Part shown: positions 42,201-57,200 of the stretch, one piece after another
How the letters are laid out: each line of letters opens with the position of its first letter
How positions within the stretch are numbered: position 1 is the stretch's first letter
Assembly: GCF_037042905.1 (NCBI RefSeq)
Contig: NC_087263.1
Location: 13,642,001 to 13,706,000, forward strand
Length of the DNA: 64,000 bases
DNA from: Lytechinus pictus
Lineage: Eukaryota
Direction of reading: 5' to 3'
Translations under genes and position numbers: made by a program
Notes under the pieces: generated by a model
Seen by the model: only the letters and a program-made list of their open reading frames with translations
The model's database searches: none
What the model was told of the DNA's origin: nothing

Positions 42201-45200
42201 CGTTATTATAAAGTTAATACAAATGACAATCAATATGATTCAGGCGTACACCGGCTTAACTGCAAGGTAACATGCATCCAGAAATCGAAATATCCGATGA
42301 ATTCAAAACGTACGTAGCCGGAATGGCATGTAGTTCGGATGTTACAGACTCTAACTAAGAATAATCTCGTATTACAAATGTTAATCTTGCTAAAAATGCA
42401 CACAAACTCACAACGTGATAGACTCTGGGGATGATGTCGTTGATATAAAATTCACATCGACCTCGACATGCAATCACTTTTGATACTGCATCGGACTTGA
42501 CAACTCGCAAAATCTTTTCCAAAATTAGATGGCCATCCATTCTCTCTCTTTTTAATCTTAATATAATCTTTGTATTTCAGGATCATGATATGAAAACCCT
42601 TTTAAAACAAACATGATAAAGGAAAAACGCGTCTCAAGTTATACATGGTTCATTGCCGCAAAATATACAAATCATCTTCATTTGTTGATATTAAATCATC
42701 AACATTATCACTGATATTATTATTCGTATTATCATGTCCGTTAATATCACTTCAAAGTTATGATTATCACTTTCATCATCACCATCATTCATTATCTATT
42801 TCCAGTCGTTCTCCAGTATTAATTTTATATTCTATATAATTAGAAATATATGAAAGATAATGGTAATGATCATGGTGATGCTGGTAATCATGAACATTAG
42901 ATCCGTTATGTGAGATAATTAATGCGATTTTACACGCTAATCGCTATTTGATGATGGTGAAAGAAATCTTTTAAATAGCACAAAAGAAGTCGGGACGGTA
43001 GTTACTGCATACACGTACTTTAATACACTATATATTACAAAAGATTCCCCATCGGACGGGCCAACGGTCTTTTGAAGTAGGTTCATCTATTGAAATTACG
43101 ACAATAATCACGACAGCGGATACGCGGGGAATTAAAGTCTGTGAGCGTCTTTCTGTGGCACATGCTATTGTGAATGATTCTCTACTATACGGGTGAGTGA
43201 TCTTGCTTTTTCATGATCATAGGCCTGGGTGCGCGTTTCCGTTTTACACCCTGGCGAAGGCATTTTCCGGAAAAATAGCCACAAAGCGACTAGTGAAGAG
43301 TCTACGTCTACGTTTGTTTACATAATCAGCTGGGCGCGCGATCCATAAGTCCGCACCGAAGATATCCGCAGAACATACGTGCAAATGCAGCTGAGCTTAT
43401 AGACCAAAAGCTTCAGTCTCTGTATTTTGGTTGTTCCGCTGAACTATATACGTTGGCTTCATGATTTTTTTTTTTACTTTATCGCACATGATCGTTTATA
43501 TGAATGAAAACGAATGATAGCTAAAATATTGAAAAATAAAACACATAATTACTTTTTTTCATATTATATCTATCCTTATATCTATCATATCTGTCTATCC
43601 ACTATCTATGTTATAAATCAATCTATGGAACTACATGATATATCTATCTGTTAATTTGTCTATCTACTCTGTCTCTCTCATTCTCTATCAACCTATCTAT
43701 CTGTCTATCTATCTATCCATCTAACATCTATCTCTCAAATTCTCTCTATCCATCTGTCTCTCTTTATTTCTCTCTATCCATATATCTACTCGTGCAATAT
43801 CAACACTGCTTCGACTTCCTTTGCGATCTGCACATGAAACAGGGTTTCCTATTTGCAATTCTCCATCTCCATTTTTGTCACCTGTCTTTCTTTTTAATCT
43901 TTTCACCTCCTCATTTCTTTATCCCTTCCCCTTGTCATGTTTCCTTGTATTAATTCTTCTTCCTTTTATCTTTTAATCCTTAATCCATTTTTTCGCCGCA
44001 AATAGGAGCCCATTCAACACCTATAATCATTTTGCTTTTGTTATCTGTCCTATCCTGATAATTACTGATGTGGTATAAGTGCTTTAGGTTCCTACATTAA
44101 AAATTCGATAACTACATTTCTTCGATACACGATTTTCCCTTTCTCTTTCTCATGATTTTTCTGAAATCTTCTAGTTATTTATTTCGTTTTCTCTCAATTT
44201 CTTTTCACTCATTTTCCTTCTATCTTTCCTTTTTTATTTAAAGGTTTTACCGTAAAACCCTTCAATATTCTCTCCACCATGGAAACCTTCAAAGGTCATC
44301 TTTCCTTTTTTATTCACTTATTTTGCTCTGTATATCTTTTAATGAAATATTGGTAGAAGGGGTTCGCAATCAGATTAAAGTTGCGGCCAATTTAACTCCG
44401 AGTTTTGGGGTTTCATTTTTTCTTCATTCTCTTGTTGTTACCTGAATGAACAATTGAACAATGAACAAAAAATAAAGAACCGTTTCAGCATGGCCATTGC
44501 ATGTCTTCCCCTCTGTTCCCCTTTCACTCTTCCCCCACCCCCTTTATATCTCCCCTCATCGTCCACCAGCTCTCTCTTCTTTTTTCCCCTTATTTTCTGT
44601 CTCTATCCATTTCCATATTCCAATTCCCCCCCCCTCTCCCGTTGATTCTCGATCCTAAATTTCTTCCCCTCTCAAATTTCCTATTTTTTTTCTCTTTCAA
44701 CTGTTTTTCCTCCATATTTTTTTCTCACCCTTCCTCTTCTTCCATCGCAATATTATTTTCTTATTTTCTCTCTGTTCCCCCTTCCTTTACTCTCCCTATG
44801 AATTCTTAGTTTTCTTCTTCCTCTTGTCACCTTACCTTTCGGTCCCGCTTCTTTAAAACAAGGAGATAAAGAAAATTAAGAGACAATATGTTATCCTGGG
44901 GAAATGGTTGCCCGTCCAAAAATTGAACAAACTGTTTAAAACAGCTTCTAATAAATCTTTTATCTATCTATGCCTAAAAGTGTCGAGCTGTTCTGGTCAT
45001 ATTTATTTTTATCATTCTATTTCCTTCTATTTTTTTTAGGGGGGGGTGAAGGGGGGGGGCTCCCGATACTTGTTTCAGATGTGAGTAATAATGAATATTC
45101 CAAGTTGACGTGAATTCTACGAATGGCTTGGGCCTACGAAACGAAAATGTATGGAATCTTATTTTCCCACCTAAAACATCATGAATTGACTCTCTTCCAA

Positions 45201-48200
45201 TTGCAAAAAAGAGGTTTTCATGGTTATTGCAGTAAATTCGAAAGATCAGCAACGATTTATGACACGTGCGTGATTTTTGATTAAGCCACCGTGGCTTTAT
45301 GAATGCACCCGAACTTCCATTATAGATGCGAACCACAGTTCAGAACAGTAACCCGAACTCTCCGATCCGACAGTCAATATGAAGGCACGCATTTGTTTTG
45401 GTCGTAGAGGGAGCTATTTAGAATAGTTTCTTCGGTCTTTCGACAGAACTTAAGACATGCAGGAAAGACGAACAAAAGAACGGTGGCGTCAATGGGCCTT
45501 TGATGGCGGCCGTTCCTTTGAAGACAAGGGAACGTTGGGCGGGAAAGCTGAAGCGAAAACCCGGATGCGGTAAAGACGCTATAGAACGGTGCATGGACTT
45601 TTGACAAGCTCCCTTATTGCTATGTCACCTCAAATAGTACCAGCACTACGACTACCACACCAGAGTCGCAAAACACACCCTATATTACCCCCTATAATAA
45701 TTATGAAAATCTCCACCATCTTCAATAACTTATCACCATTGTCTTCACCATTAGATTGAGGCTACTATACCAATATATTGATAAAGACAACGTCATATCC
45801 GCTCTTTTGAATACTGAATATAATGTTCAAAAATATTTCATTTTCTCATCTAGGGTGTGGAAGTCTTATTCTTACATAATTAGGTAATTGACAATTTTTC
45901 AGTATGGTACAAAGCTTCTATGTCCAACTTACCCTGACATTTGGGAAATGAGTGTGAGAAATTTCCAGAGCTTGTGCAGTTAACGGATGACGGTCCGACC
46001 AGCGCATAACCAGTTGGACAAGAAAAGGTGCATTCTTCTTCATAGTTTACTTGACTGCCAGGTGTACACGATGAGTTTACTTTGTCTCCCAGTGAGGTTA
46101 CAGCGCACATCACGACTAATTTGAAAGAAAGAAATCAGGACGAGTGTCGGCAACTAACAAAAAACATCTAAGTTATGTCCTTTCCTGGAGGCAGGTAATA
46201 TCGAATCATTGTTTAAGAACGTCAACGCATAAAACCTTCCGTTTGCCTTTATTGACGTAGCTATCGTTTGATTTTCGGTATATCTATAAACGATTGTTTT
46301 CCAATCCCGATACTCCCACAAGTTATCATCGAGATACAAGGTCTTTGGCCAATAGAGCACATCTCCTTACTATCAGAAAAGAAGGTCTTCCAAAAATATA
46401 CTGCGTTTCTACATGAAACGGAAGACAGATACACTAGATTTTACCCCAAGCCTGGGTTATCGGCACAAAAAGCAGAGCATTTCGTCTTTCATGTATTGTA
46501 TTCCCAGAAATTCTTTCCGAGATTCTGGAGCTTTGAATAAATGGATAATGGTTCCTTTACTTTATTTACTTACTCTGACATTGGGGAAATGGATCCGAGA
46601 AATTTCCGGAGCTTGTGCATGTGACAGAGGATTGGCCAGTCAGATCGTAACCAGTCGGACAAGAGAATGCACATTCTTGGTTCAGGCTTACTTCCTCACC
46701 AGGTGTACAAGACGAATTTACGTTTTCTCCCAATTCAGAAACCTCACAAGTAACTGAAACAACACGATTCAAAGAAAAGTTGGTGATGTCAGCAATCAAG
46801 ATATTTAAGAAAAAGTCGTTTCTTATAACAGACCTCGAGTTTTGGCAACTGAGAAACCATTATCAACATGAAAAGATCAACGATGATATAAGGCAATTAC
46901 GAAGTGGAAAGTATCGAGGTGCTTCTTAAATGGCGAACTATTACCCGGACTTTTGCTTCGGATTCTCTAAAGTCCTTAGGGAATTCAAGGAAGTAATCGG
47001 TACGGATTCCCATTAACCTCATCTGGGTTGATTGGAACACAATGGAGATCAATATTCTACTAAAAGAAATTAGACCTTGGATGGGATTCGAACACGCGCC
47101 TCTCTGTTTCAAAAGCGAGAGTCAGAATATCTGGACCACGTCGCTTTATTGCTATGTCACCTCAAATAGTACCAGCACTACGACTACCACACCAGAGTCG
47201 CAAAACACACCCTATATTACCCCCTATAATAATTATGAAAATCTCCACCATCTTCAATAACTTATCACCATTGTCTTCACCATTAGATTGAGGCTACTAT
47301 ACCAATATATTGATAAAGACAACGTCATATCCGCTCTTTTGAATACTGAATATAATGTTCAAAAATATTTCATTTTCTCATCTAGGGTGTGGAAGTCTTT
47401 TTCTTACATAATTAGGTAATTGACAATTTTTCAGTATGGTACAAAGCTTCTATGTCCAACTTACCCTGACATTTGGGAAATGAGTGTGAGAAATTTCCAG
47501 AGCTTGTGCAGTTAACGGATGACGGTCCGACCAGCGCATAACCAGTTGGACAAGAAAAGGTGCATTCTTCTTCATAGTTTACTTGACTGCCAGGTGTACA
47601 CGATGAGTTTACTTTGTCTCCCAGTGAGGTTACAGCGCACATCACGACTAATTTGAAAGAAAGAAATCAGGACGAGTGTCGGCAACTAACAAAAAACATC
47701 TAAGTTATGTCCTTTCCTGGAGGCAGGTAATATCGAATCATTGTTTAAGAACGTCAACGCATAAAACCTTCCGTTTGCCTTTATTGACGTAGCTATCGTT
47801 TGATTTTCGGTATATCTATAAACGATTGTTTTCCAATCCCGATACTCCCACAAGTTATCATCGAGATACAAGGTCTTTGGCCAATAGAGCACATCTCCTT
47901 ACTGTCAGAAAAGAAGGTCTTCCAAAAGAATACTGCGTTTCTACATGAAACGGAAGACAGATACACTAGATTTTACCCCAAGCCTGGGTTATCGGCACAA
48001 AAAGCAGAGCATTTCGTCTTTCATGTATTGTATTCCCAGAAATTCTTTCCGAGATTCTGGAGCTTTGAATAAATGGATAATGGTTCCTTTACTTTATTTA
48101 CTTACTCTGACATTGGGGAAATGGATCCGAGAAATTTCCGGAGCTTGTGCATGTGACAGAGGATTGGCCAGTCAGATCGTAACCAGTCGGACAAGAGAAT

Positions 48201-51200
48201 GCACATTCTTGGTTCAGGCTTACTTCCTCACCAGGCGTACAAGACGAATTTACGTTTTCTCCCAATTCAGAAACCTCACAAGTAACTGAAACAACACGAT
48301 TCAAAGAAAAGTTGGTGATGTCAGCAATCAAGATATTTAAGAAAAAGTCGTTTCTTATAACAGACCTCGAGTTTTGGCAACTGAGAAACCATTATCAACA
48401 TGAAAAGATCAACGATGATATAAGGCAATTACGAAGTGGAAAGTATCGAGGTGCTTCTTAAATGGCGAACTATTACCCGGACTTTTGCTTCGGATTCTCT
48501 AAAGTCCTTAGGGAATTCAAGGAAGTAATCGGTACGGATTCCCATTAACCTCATCTGGGTTGATTGGAACACAATGGAGATCAATATTCTACTAAAAGAA
48601 ATTAGACCTTGGATGGGATTCGAACACGCGCCTCTCTGTTTCAAAAGCGAGAGTCAGAATATCTGGACCACGTCGCTTTATTGCTATGTCACCTCAAATA
48701 GTACCAGCACTACGACTACCACACCAGAGTCGCAAAACACACCCTATATTACCCCCTATAATAATTATGAAAATCTCCACCATCTTCAATAACTTATCAC
48801 CATTGTCTTCACCATTAGATTGAGGCTACTATACCAATATATTGATAAAGACAACGTCATATCCGCTCTTTTGAATACTGAATATAATGTTCAAAAATAT
48901 TTCATTTTCACATCTAGGGTGTGGAAGTCTTTTTCTTACATAATTAGGTAATTGACAATTTTTCAGTATGGTACAAAGCTTCTATGTCCAACTTACCCTG
49001 ACATTTGGGAAATGAGTGTGAGAAATTTCCAGAGCTTGTGCAGTTAACGGATGACGGTCCGACCAGCGCATAACCAGTTGGACAAGAAAAGGTGCATTCG
49101 TCTTCATAGTTTACTTGACTGCCAGGTGTACACGATGAGTTTACTTTGTCTCCCAGTGAGGTTACAGCGCACATCACGACTAATTTGAAAGAAAGAAATC
49201 AGGACGAGTGTCGGCAACTAACAAAAAACATCTAAGTTATGTCCCTTCCTGGAGGCAGGTAATATCGAATCATTGTTTAATAACGTCAACGCATAAAACC
49301 TTCCGTTTGCCTTTATTGACGTAGCTATCGTTTGATTTTCGGTATATCTATAAACGATTGTTTTCCAATCCCGATACTCCCACAAGTTATCATCGAGATA
49401 CAAGGTCTTTGGCCAATAGAGCACATCTCCTTACTGTCAGAAAAGAAGGTCTTCCAAAAGAATACTGCGTTTCTACATGAAACGGAAGACAGATACACTA
49501 GATCTTACCCCAAGCCTGGGTTATCGGCACAAAAAGCAGAGCATTTCGTCTTTCATGTATTGTATTCCCAGAAATTCTTTCCGAGATTCTGGAGCTTTGA
49601 ATAAATGGATAATGGTTCCTTTACTTTATTTACTTACTCTGACATTGGGGAAATGGATCCGAGAAATTTCCGGAGCTTGTGCATGTGACAGAGGATTGGC
49701 CAGTCAGATCGTAACCAGTCGGACAAGAGAATGCACATTCTTGGTTCAGGCTTACTTCCTCACCAGGTGTACAAGACGAATTTACGTTTTCTCCCAATTC
49801 AGAAACCTCACAAGTAACTGAAACAACACGATTCAAAGAAAAGTTGGTGATGTCAGCAATCAAGATATTTAAGAAAAAGTCGTTTCTTATAACAGACCTC
49901 GAGTTTTGGCAACTGAGCAACCATTATCAACATGAAAAGATCAACGATGATATAAGGCAATTACGAAGTGAAAAGTATCGAGGTGCTTCTTAAATGGCGA
50001 ACTATTACCCGGACTTTTGCTTCGGATTCTCTAAAGTCCTTAGAGAATTCAAGGAAGTAATCGGTACGGATTCCCATTAACCTCATCTGGGTTGATTGGA
50101 ACACAATGGAGATCAATATTCTACTAAAAGAAATTAGACCTTGGATGGGATTCGAACACACGCCTCTCTGTTTCAAAAGCGAGAGTCAGAATATCTGGAC
50201 CACGTCGCTTTATTGCTATGTCACCTCAAATAGTACCAGCACTACGACTACCACACCAGAGTCGCAAAACACACCCTATATTACCCCCTATAATAATTAT
50301 GAAAATCTCCACCATCTTCAATAACTTATCACCATTGTCTTCACCATTAGATTGAGGCTACTATACCAATATATTGATAAAGACAACGTCATATCCGCTC
50401 TTTTGAATACTGAATATAATGTTAAAAAATAATTCATTTTCTCATCTAGGGTGTGGAAGTCTTTTTCTTACATAATTAGGTAATTGACAATTTTTCAGTA
50501 TGGTACAAAGCTTCTATGTCCAACTTACCCTGACATTTGGGAAATGAGTGTGAGAAATTTCCAGAGCTTGTGCAGTTAACGGATGACGGTCCGACCAGCG
50601 CATAACCAGTTGGACAAGAAAAGGTGCATTCGTCTTCATAGTTTACTTGACTGCCAGGTGTACACGATGAGTTTACTTTGTCTCCCAGTGAGGTTACAGC
50701 GCACATCACGACTAATTTGAAAGAAAGAAATCAGGACGAGTGTCGGCAACTAACAAAAAACATCTAAGTTATGTCCCTTCCTGGAGGCAGGTAATATCGA
50801 ATCATTGTTTAATAACGTCAACGCATAAAACCTTCCGTTTGCCTTTATTGACGTAGCTATCGTTTGATTTTCGGTATATCTATAAACGATTGTTTTCCAA
50901 TCCCGATACTCCCACAAGTTATCATCGAGATACAAGGTCTTTGGCCAATAGAGCACATCTCCTTACTGTCAGAAAAGAAGGTCTTCCAAAAGAATACTGC
51001 GTTTCTACATGAAACGGAAGACAGATACACTAGATCTTACCCCAAGCCTGGGTTATCGGCACAAAAAGCAGAGCATTTCGTCTTTCATGTATTGTATTCC
51101 CAGAAATTCTTTCCGAGATTCTGGAGCTTTGAATAAATGGATAATGGTTCCTTTACTTTATTTACTTACTCTGACATTGGGGAAATGGATCCGAGAAATT

Positions 51201-54200
51201 TCCGGAGCTTGTGCATGTGACAGAGGATTGGCCAGTCAGATCGTAACCAGTCGGACAAGAGAATGCACATTCTTGGTTCAGGCTTACTTCCTCACCAGGT
51301 GTACAAGACGAATTTACGTTTTCTCCCAATTCAGAAACCTCACAAGTAACTGAAACAACACGATTCAAAGAAAAGTTGGTGATGTCAGCAATCAAGATAT
51401 ATATTTAAGAAAAAGTCGTTTCTTATAACAGACCTCGAGTTTTGGCAACTGAGAAACCATTATCAACATGAAAAGATCAACGATGATATAAGGCAATTAC
51501 GAAGTGAAAAGTATCGAGGTGCTTCTTAAATGGCGAACTATTACCCGGACTTTTGCTTCGGATTCTCTAAAGTCCTTAGAGAATTCAAGGAAGTAATCGG
51601 TACGGATTCCCATTAACCTCATCTGGGTTGATTGGAACACAATGGAGATCAATATTCTACTAAAAGAAATTAGACCTTGGATGGGATTCGAACACACGCC
51701 TCTCTGTTTCAAAAGCGAGAGTCAGAATATCTGGACCACGTCGCTTTATTGCTATGTCACCTCAAATAGTACCAGCACTACGACTACCACACCAGAGTCG
51801 CAAAACACACCCTATATTACCCCCTATAATAATTATGAAAATCTCCACCATCTTCAATAACTTATCACCATTGTCTTCACCATTAGATTGAGGCTACTAT
51901 ACCAATATATTGATAAAGACAACGTCATATCCGCTCTTTTGAATACTGAATATAATGTTAAAAAATAATTCATTTTCTCATCTAGGGTGTGGAAGTCTTT
52001 TTCTTACATAATTAGGTAATTGACAATTTTTCAGTATGGTACAAAGCTTCTATGTCCAACTTACCCTGACATTTGGGAAATGAGTGTGAGAAATTTCCAG
52101 AGCTTGTGCAGTTAACGGATGACGGTCCGACCAGCGCATAACCAGTTGGACAAGAAAAGGTGCATTCTTCTTCACAGTTTACTTGACTGCCAGGTGAACA
52201 CGATGAGTTTACTTTGTCTCCCAGTGAGGTTACAGCGCACATCACGACTAATTTGAAAGAAAGAAATCAGGACGAGTGTCAGCAACTAACAAAAAACATC
52301 TAAGTTATGTCCCTTCCTGGAGGCAGGTAATATCGAATCATTGTTTAATAACGTCAACGCATAAAACCTTCCGTTTGCCTTTATTGACGTAGCTATCGTT
52401 TGATTTTCGGTATATCTATAAACGATTGTTTTCCAATCCCGATACTCCCACAAGTTATCATCGAGATACAAGGTCTTTGGCCAATAGAGCACATCTCCTT
52501 ACTGTCAGAAAAGAAGGTCTTCCAAAAGAAAACTGCGTTTCTACATGTAACGGAAGACAGATACACTAGATCTTACCCCAAGCCTGGGTTATTGGCACAA
52601 AAAGCAGAGCATTTCGTCTTTCATGTATTGTATTCCCAGAAATTCTTTCCGAGATTCTGGAGCTTTGAATAAATGGATAATGGTTCCTTTACTTTATTTA
52701 CTTACTCTGACATTGGGGAAATGGATCCGAGAAATTTCCGGAGCTTGTGCATGTGACAGAGGATTGGCCAGTCAGATCGTAACCAGTCGGACAAGAGAAT
52801 GCACATTCTTGGTTCAGGCTTACTTCCTCACCAGGTGTACAAGACGAATTTACGTTTTCTCCCAATTCAGAAACCTCACAAGTAACTGAAACAACACGAT
52901 TCAAAGAAAAGTTGGTGATGTCAGCAATCAAGATATTTAAGAAAAAGTCGTTTCTTATAACAGACCTCGAGTTTTGGCAACTGAGAAACCATTATCAACA
53001 TGAAAAGATCAACGATGATATAAGGCAATTACGAAGTGAAAAGTATCGAGGTGCTTCTTAAATGGCGAACTATTACCCGGACTTTTGCTTCGGATTCTTT
53101 AAAGTCCTTAGGGAATTCAAGGAAGTAATCGGTACGGATTCCCATTAACCTCATCTGGGTTGATTGGAACACAATGGAGATCAATATTCTACTAAAAGAA
53201 ATTAGACCTTGGATGGGATTCGAACACACGCCTCTCTGTTTCAAAAGCGAGAGTCAGAATATCTGGACCACGTCGCTTTATTGCTATGTCACCTCAAATA
53301 GTACCAGCACTACGACTACCACACCAGAGTCGCAAAACACACCCTATATTACCCCCTATAATAATTATGAAAATCTCCACCATCTTCAATAACTTATCAC
53401 CATTGTCTTCACCATTAGATTGAGGCTACTATACCAATATATTGACAAAGGCAACGTCATATCCGCTCTTTTGAATACTGAATATAATGTTCAAAAATAT
53501 TTCATTTTCTCATCTAGGGTGTGGAAGTCTTTTTCTTACATAATTAGGTAATTGATAATTTTTCAGTATGGTACAAAGCTTCTATGTCCAACTTACCCTG
53601 ACATTTGGGAAATGAGTGTGAGAAATTTCCAGAGCTTGTGCAGTTAACGGATGACGGTCCGACCAGCTCATAACCAGTTGGACAAGAAAAGGTGCATTCT
53701 TCTTCATAGTTTACTTGACTGCCAGGTGTACACGATGAGTTTACTTTGTCTCCCAGTGAGATTACAGCGCACATCACGACTAATTTGAAAGAAAGAAATC
53801 AGGACGAGTGTCGGCAACTAACAAAAAACATCTAAGTTATGTCCCTTCCTGGAGGCAGGTAATATCGAATCATTGTTTAATAACGTCAACGAATAAAACC
53901 TTCCGTTTGCCTTTATTGACGTAGCTATCGTTTGATTTTCGGTATATCTATAAACGATTGTTTTCCAATCCCGATACTCCCACAAGTTATCATCGAGATA
54001 CAAGGTCTTTGGCCAATAGAGCACATCTCCTTACTGTCAGAAAAGAAGGTCTTCCAAAAGAAAACTGCGTTTCTACATGTAACGGAAGACAGATACACTA
54101 GATCTTACCCCAAGCCTGGGTTATCGGCACAAAAAGCAGAGCATTTCGTCTTTCATGTATTGTATTCCCAGAAATTCTTTCCGAGATTCTGGAGCTTTGA

Positions 54201-57200
54201 ATAAATGGATAATGGTTCCTTTACTTTATTTACTTACTCTGACATTGGGGAAATGGATCCGAGAAATTTCCGGAGCTTGTGCATGTGACAGAGGATTGGC
54301 CAGTCAGATCGTAACCAGTCGGACAAGAGAATGCACATTCTTGGTTCAGGCTTACTTCCTCACCAGGTGTACAAGACGAATTTACGTTTTCTCCCAATTC
54401 AGAAACCTCACAAGTAACTGAAACAACACGATTCAAAGAAAAGTTGGTGATGTCAGCAATCAAGATATTTAAGAAAAAGTCGTTTCTTATAACAGACCTC
54501 GAGTTTTGGCAACTGAGAAACCATTATCAACATGAAAAGATCAACGATGATATAAGGCAATTACGAAGTGGAAAGTATCGAGGTGCTTCTTAAATGGCGA
54601 ACTATTACTCGGACTTTTGCTTCGGATTCTCTAAAGACCTTAGGGAATTCAAGGAAGTAATCGGTACGGATTCCCATTAACCTCATCTGGGTTGATTGGA
54701 ACACAATGGAGATCAATATTCTACTAAAAGAAATTAGACCTTGGATGGGATTCGAACACACGCCTCTCTGTTTCAAAAGCGAGAGTCAGAATATCTGGAC
54801 CACGTCGCTTTATTGCTATGTCACCTCAAATAGTACCAGCACTACGACTACCACACCAGAGTCGCAAAACACACCCTATATTACCTCCTATAATAATTAT
54901 GAAAATCTCCACCATCTTCAATAACTTATCACCATTGTCTTCACCATTAGATTGAGGCTACTATACCAATATATTGATAAAGACAACGTCATATCCGCTC
55001 TTTTGAATACTGAATATAATGTTCAAAAATATTTCATTTTCTCATCTAGGGTGTGGAAGTCTTTTTCTTACATAATTAGGTAATTGATAATTTTTCAGTA
55101 TGGTACAAAGCTTCTATGTCCAACTTACCCTGACATTTGGGAAATGAGTGTGAGAAATTTCCAGAGCTTGTGCAGTTAACGGATGACGGTCCGACCAGCT
55201 CATAACCAGTTGGACAAGAAAAGGTGCATTCTTCTTCATAGTTTACTTGACTGCCAGGTGTACACGATGAGTTTACTTTGTCTCCCAGTGAGATTACAGC
55301 GCACATCACGACTAATTTGAAAGAAAGAAATCAGGACGAGTGTCGGCAACTAACAAAAAACATCTAAGTTATGTCCCTTCCTGGAGGCAGGTAATATCGA
55401 ATCATTGTTTAATAACGTCAACGCATAAAACCTTCCGTTTGCCTTTATTGACGTAGCTATCGTTTGATTTTCGGTATATCTATAAACGATTGTTTTCCAA
55501 TCCCGATACTCCCACAAGTTATCATCGAGATACAAGGTCTTTGGCCAATAGAGCACATCTCCTTACTGTCAGAAAAGAAGGTCTTCCAAAAGAAAACTGC
55601 GTTTCTACATGTAACGGAAGACAGATACACTAGATCTTACCCCAAGCCTGGGTTATCGGCACAAAAAGCAGAGCATTTCGTCTTTCATGTATTGTATTCC
55701 CAGAAATTCTTTCCGAGATTCTGGAGCTTTGAATAAATGGATAATGGTTCCTTTACTTTATTTACTTACTCTGACATTGGGGAAATGGATCCGAGAAATT
55801 TCCGGAGCTTGTGCATGTGACAGAGGATTGGCCAGTCAGATCGTAACCAGTCGGACAAGAGAATGCACATTCTTGGTTCAGGCTTACTTCCTCACCAGGT
55901 GTACAAGACGAATTTACGTTTTCTCCCAATTCAGAAACCTCACAAGTAACTGAAACAACACGATTCAAAGAAAAGTTGGTGATGTCAGCAATCAAGATAT
56001 TTAAGAAAAAGTCGTTTCTTATAACAGACCTCGAGTTTTGGCAACTGAGAAACCATTATCAACATGAAAAGATCAACGATGATATAAGGCAATTACGAAG
56101 TGAAAAGTATCGAGGTGCTTCTTAAATGGCGAACTATTACTCGGACTTTTGCTTCGGATTCTCTAAAGTCCTTAGGGAATTCAAGGAAGTAATAGGTACG
56201 GATTCCCATTAACCTCATCTGGGTTGATTGGAACACAATGGAGATCAATATTCTACTAAAAGAAATTAGACCTTGGATGGGATTCGAACACACGCCTCTC
56301 TGTTTCAAAAGCGAGAGTCAGAATATCTGGACCACGTCGCTTTATTGCTATGTCACCTCAAATAGTACCAGCACTACGACTACCACACCAGAGTCGCAAA
56401 ACACACCCTATATTACCCCCTATAATAATTATGAAAATCTCCACCATCTTCAATAACTTATCACCATTGTCTTCACCATTAGATTGAGGCTACTATACCA
56501 ATATATTGATAAAGACAACGTCATATCCGCTCTTTTGAATACTGAATATAATGTTAAAAAATATTTCATTTTCTCATCTAGGGTGTGGAAGTCTTTTTCT
56601 TACATAATTAGGTAATTGACAATTATTCAGTATGGTACAAAGCTTCTATGTCCAACTTACCCTGACATTTGGGAAATGAGTGTGAGAAATTTCCAGAGCT
56701 TGTGCAGTTAACGGATGACGGTCCGACCAGCTCATAACCAGTTGGACAAGAAAAGGTGCATTCTTCTTCATAGTTTACTTGACTGCCAGGTGTACACGAT
56801 GAGTTTACTTTGTCTCCCAGTGAGATTACAGCGCACATCACGACTAATTTGAAAGAAAGAAATCAGGACGAGTGTCGGCAACTAACAAAAAACATCTAAG
56901 TTATGTCCCTTCCTGGAGGCAGGTAATATCGAATCATTGTTTAATAACGTCAACGCATAAAACCTTCCGTTTGCCTTTATTGACGTAGCTATCGTTTGAT
57001 TTTCGGTATATCTATAAACGATTGTTTTCCAATCCCGATACTCCCACAAGTTATCATCGAGATACAAGGTCTTCCAAAAGAAAACTGCGTTTCTACATGT
57101 AACGGAAGACAGATACACTAGATCTTACCCCAAGCCTGGGTTATCGGCACAAAAAGCAGAGCATTTCGTCTTTCATGTATTGTATTCCCAGAAATTCTTT

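Larger units (their letters stand above)
20741..45613. mobile_element. 24,873-bp non-autonomous TIR DNA transposon (PIF/Harbinger- or Zator-like), composite
   Basis: Empty site in sister units is GTCGCT-TTA-TTGCTATG; here TTA is duplicated (20738-20740, 45614-45616). Ends are GGCGTCTTGTCAAAAGT and rc GGGAGCTTGTCAAAAGT (14/17), with a shared inverted subterminal GCGTCTTTACC. No transposase-like ORF seen. Confidence 0.88.

Noticed and set aside
22615..43229. 1-kb direct repeats as LTRs of a retrotransposon
   Set aside because: No TG...CA ends, PBS, PPT, TSD or gag/pol remnants were seen.
44974..45607. ORFs near the right TIR as Harbinger transposase or Myb/SANT partner
   Set aside because: They are short and lack DDE or Trp-repeat motifs.
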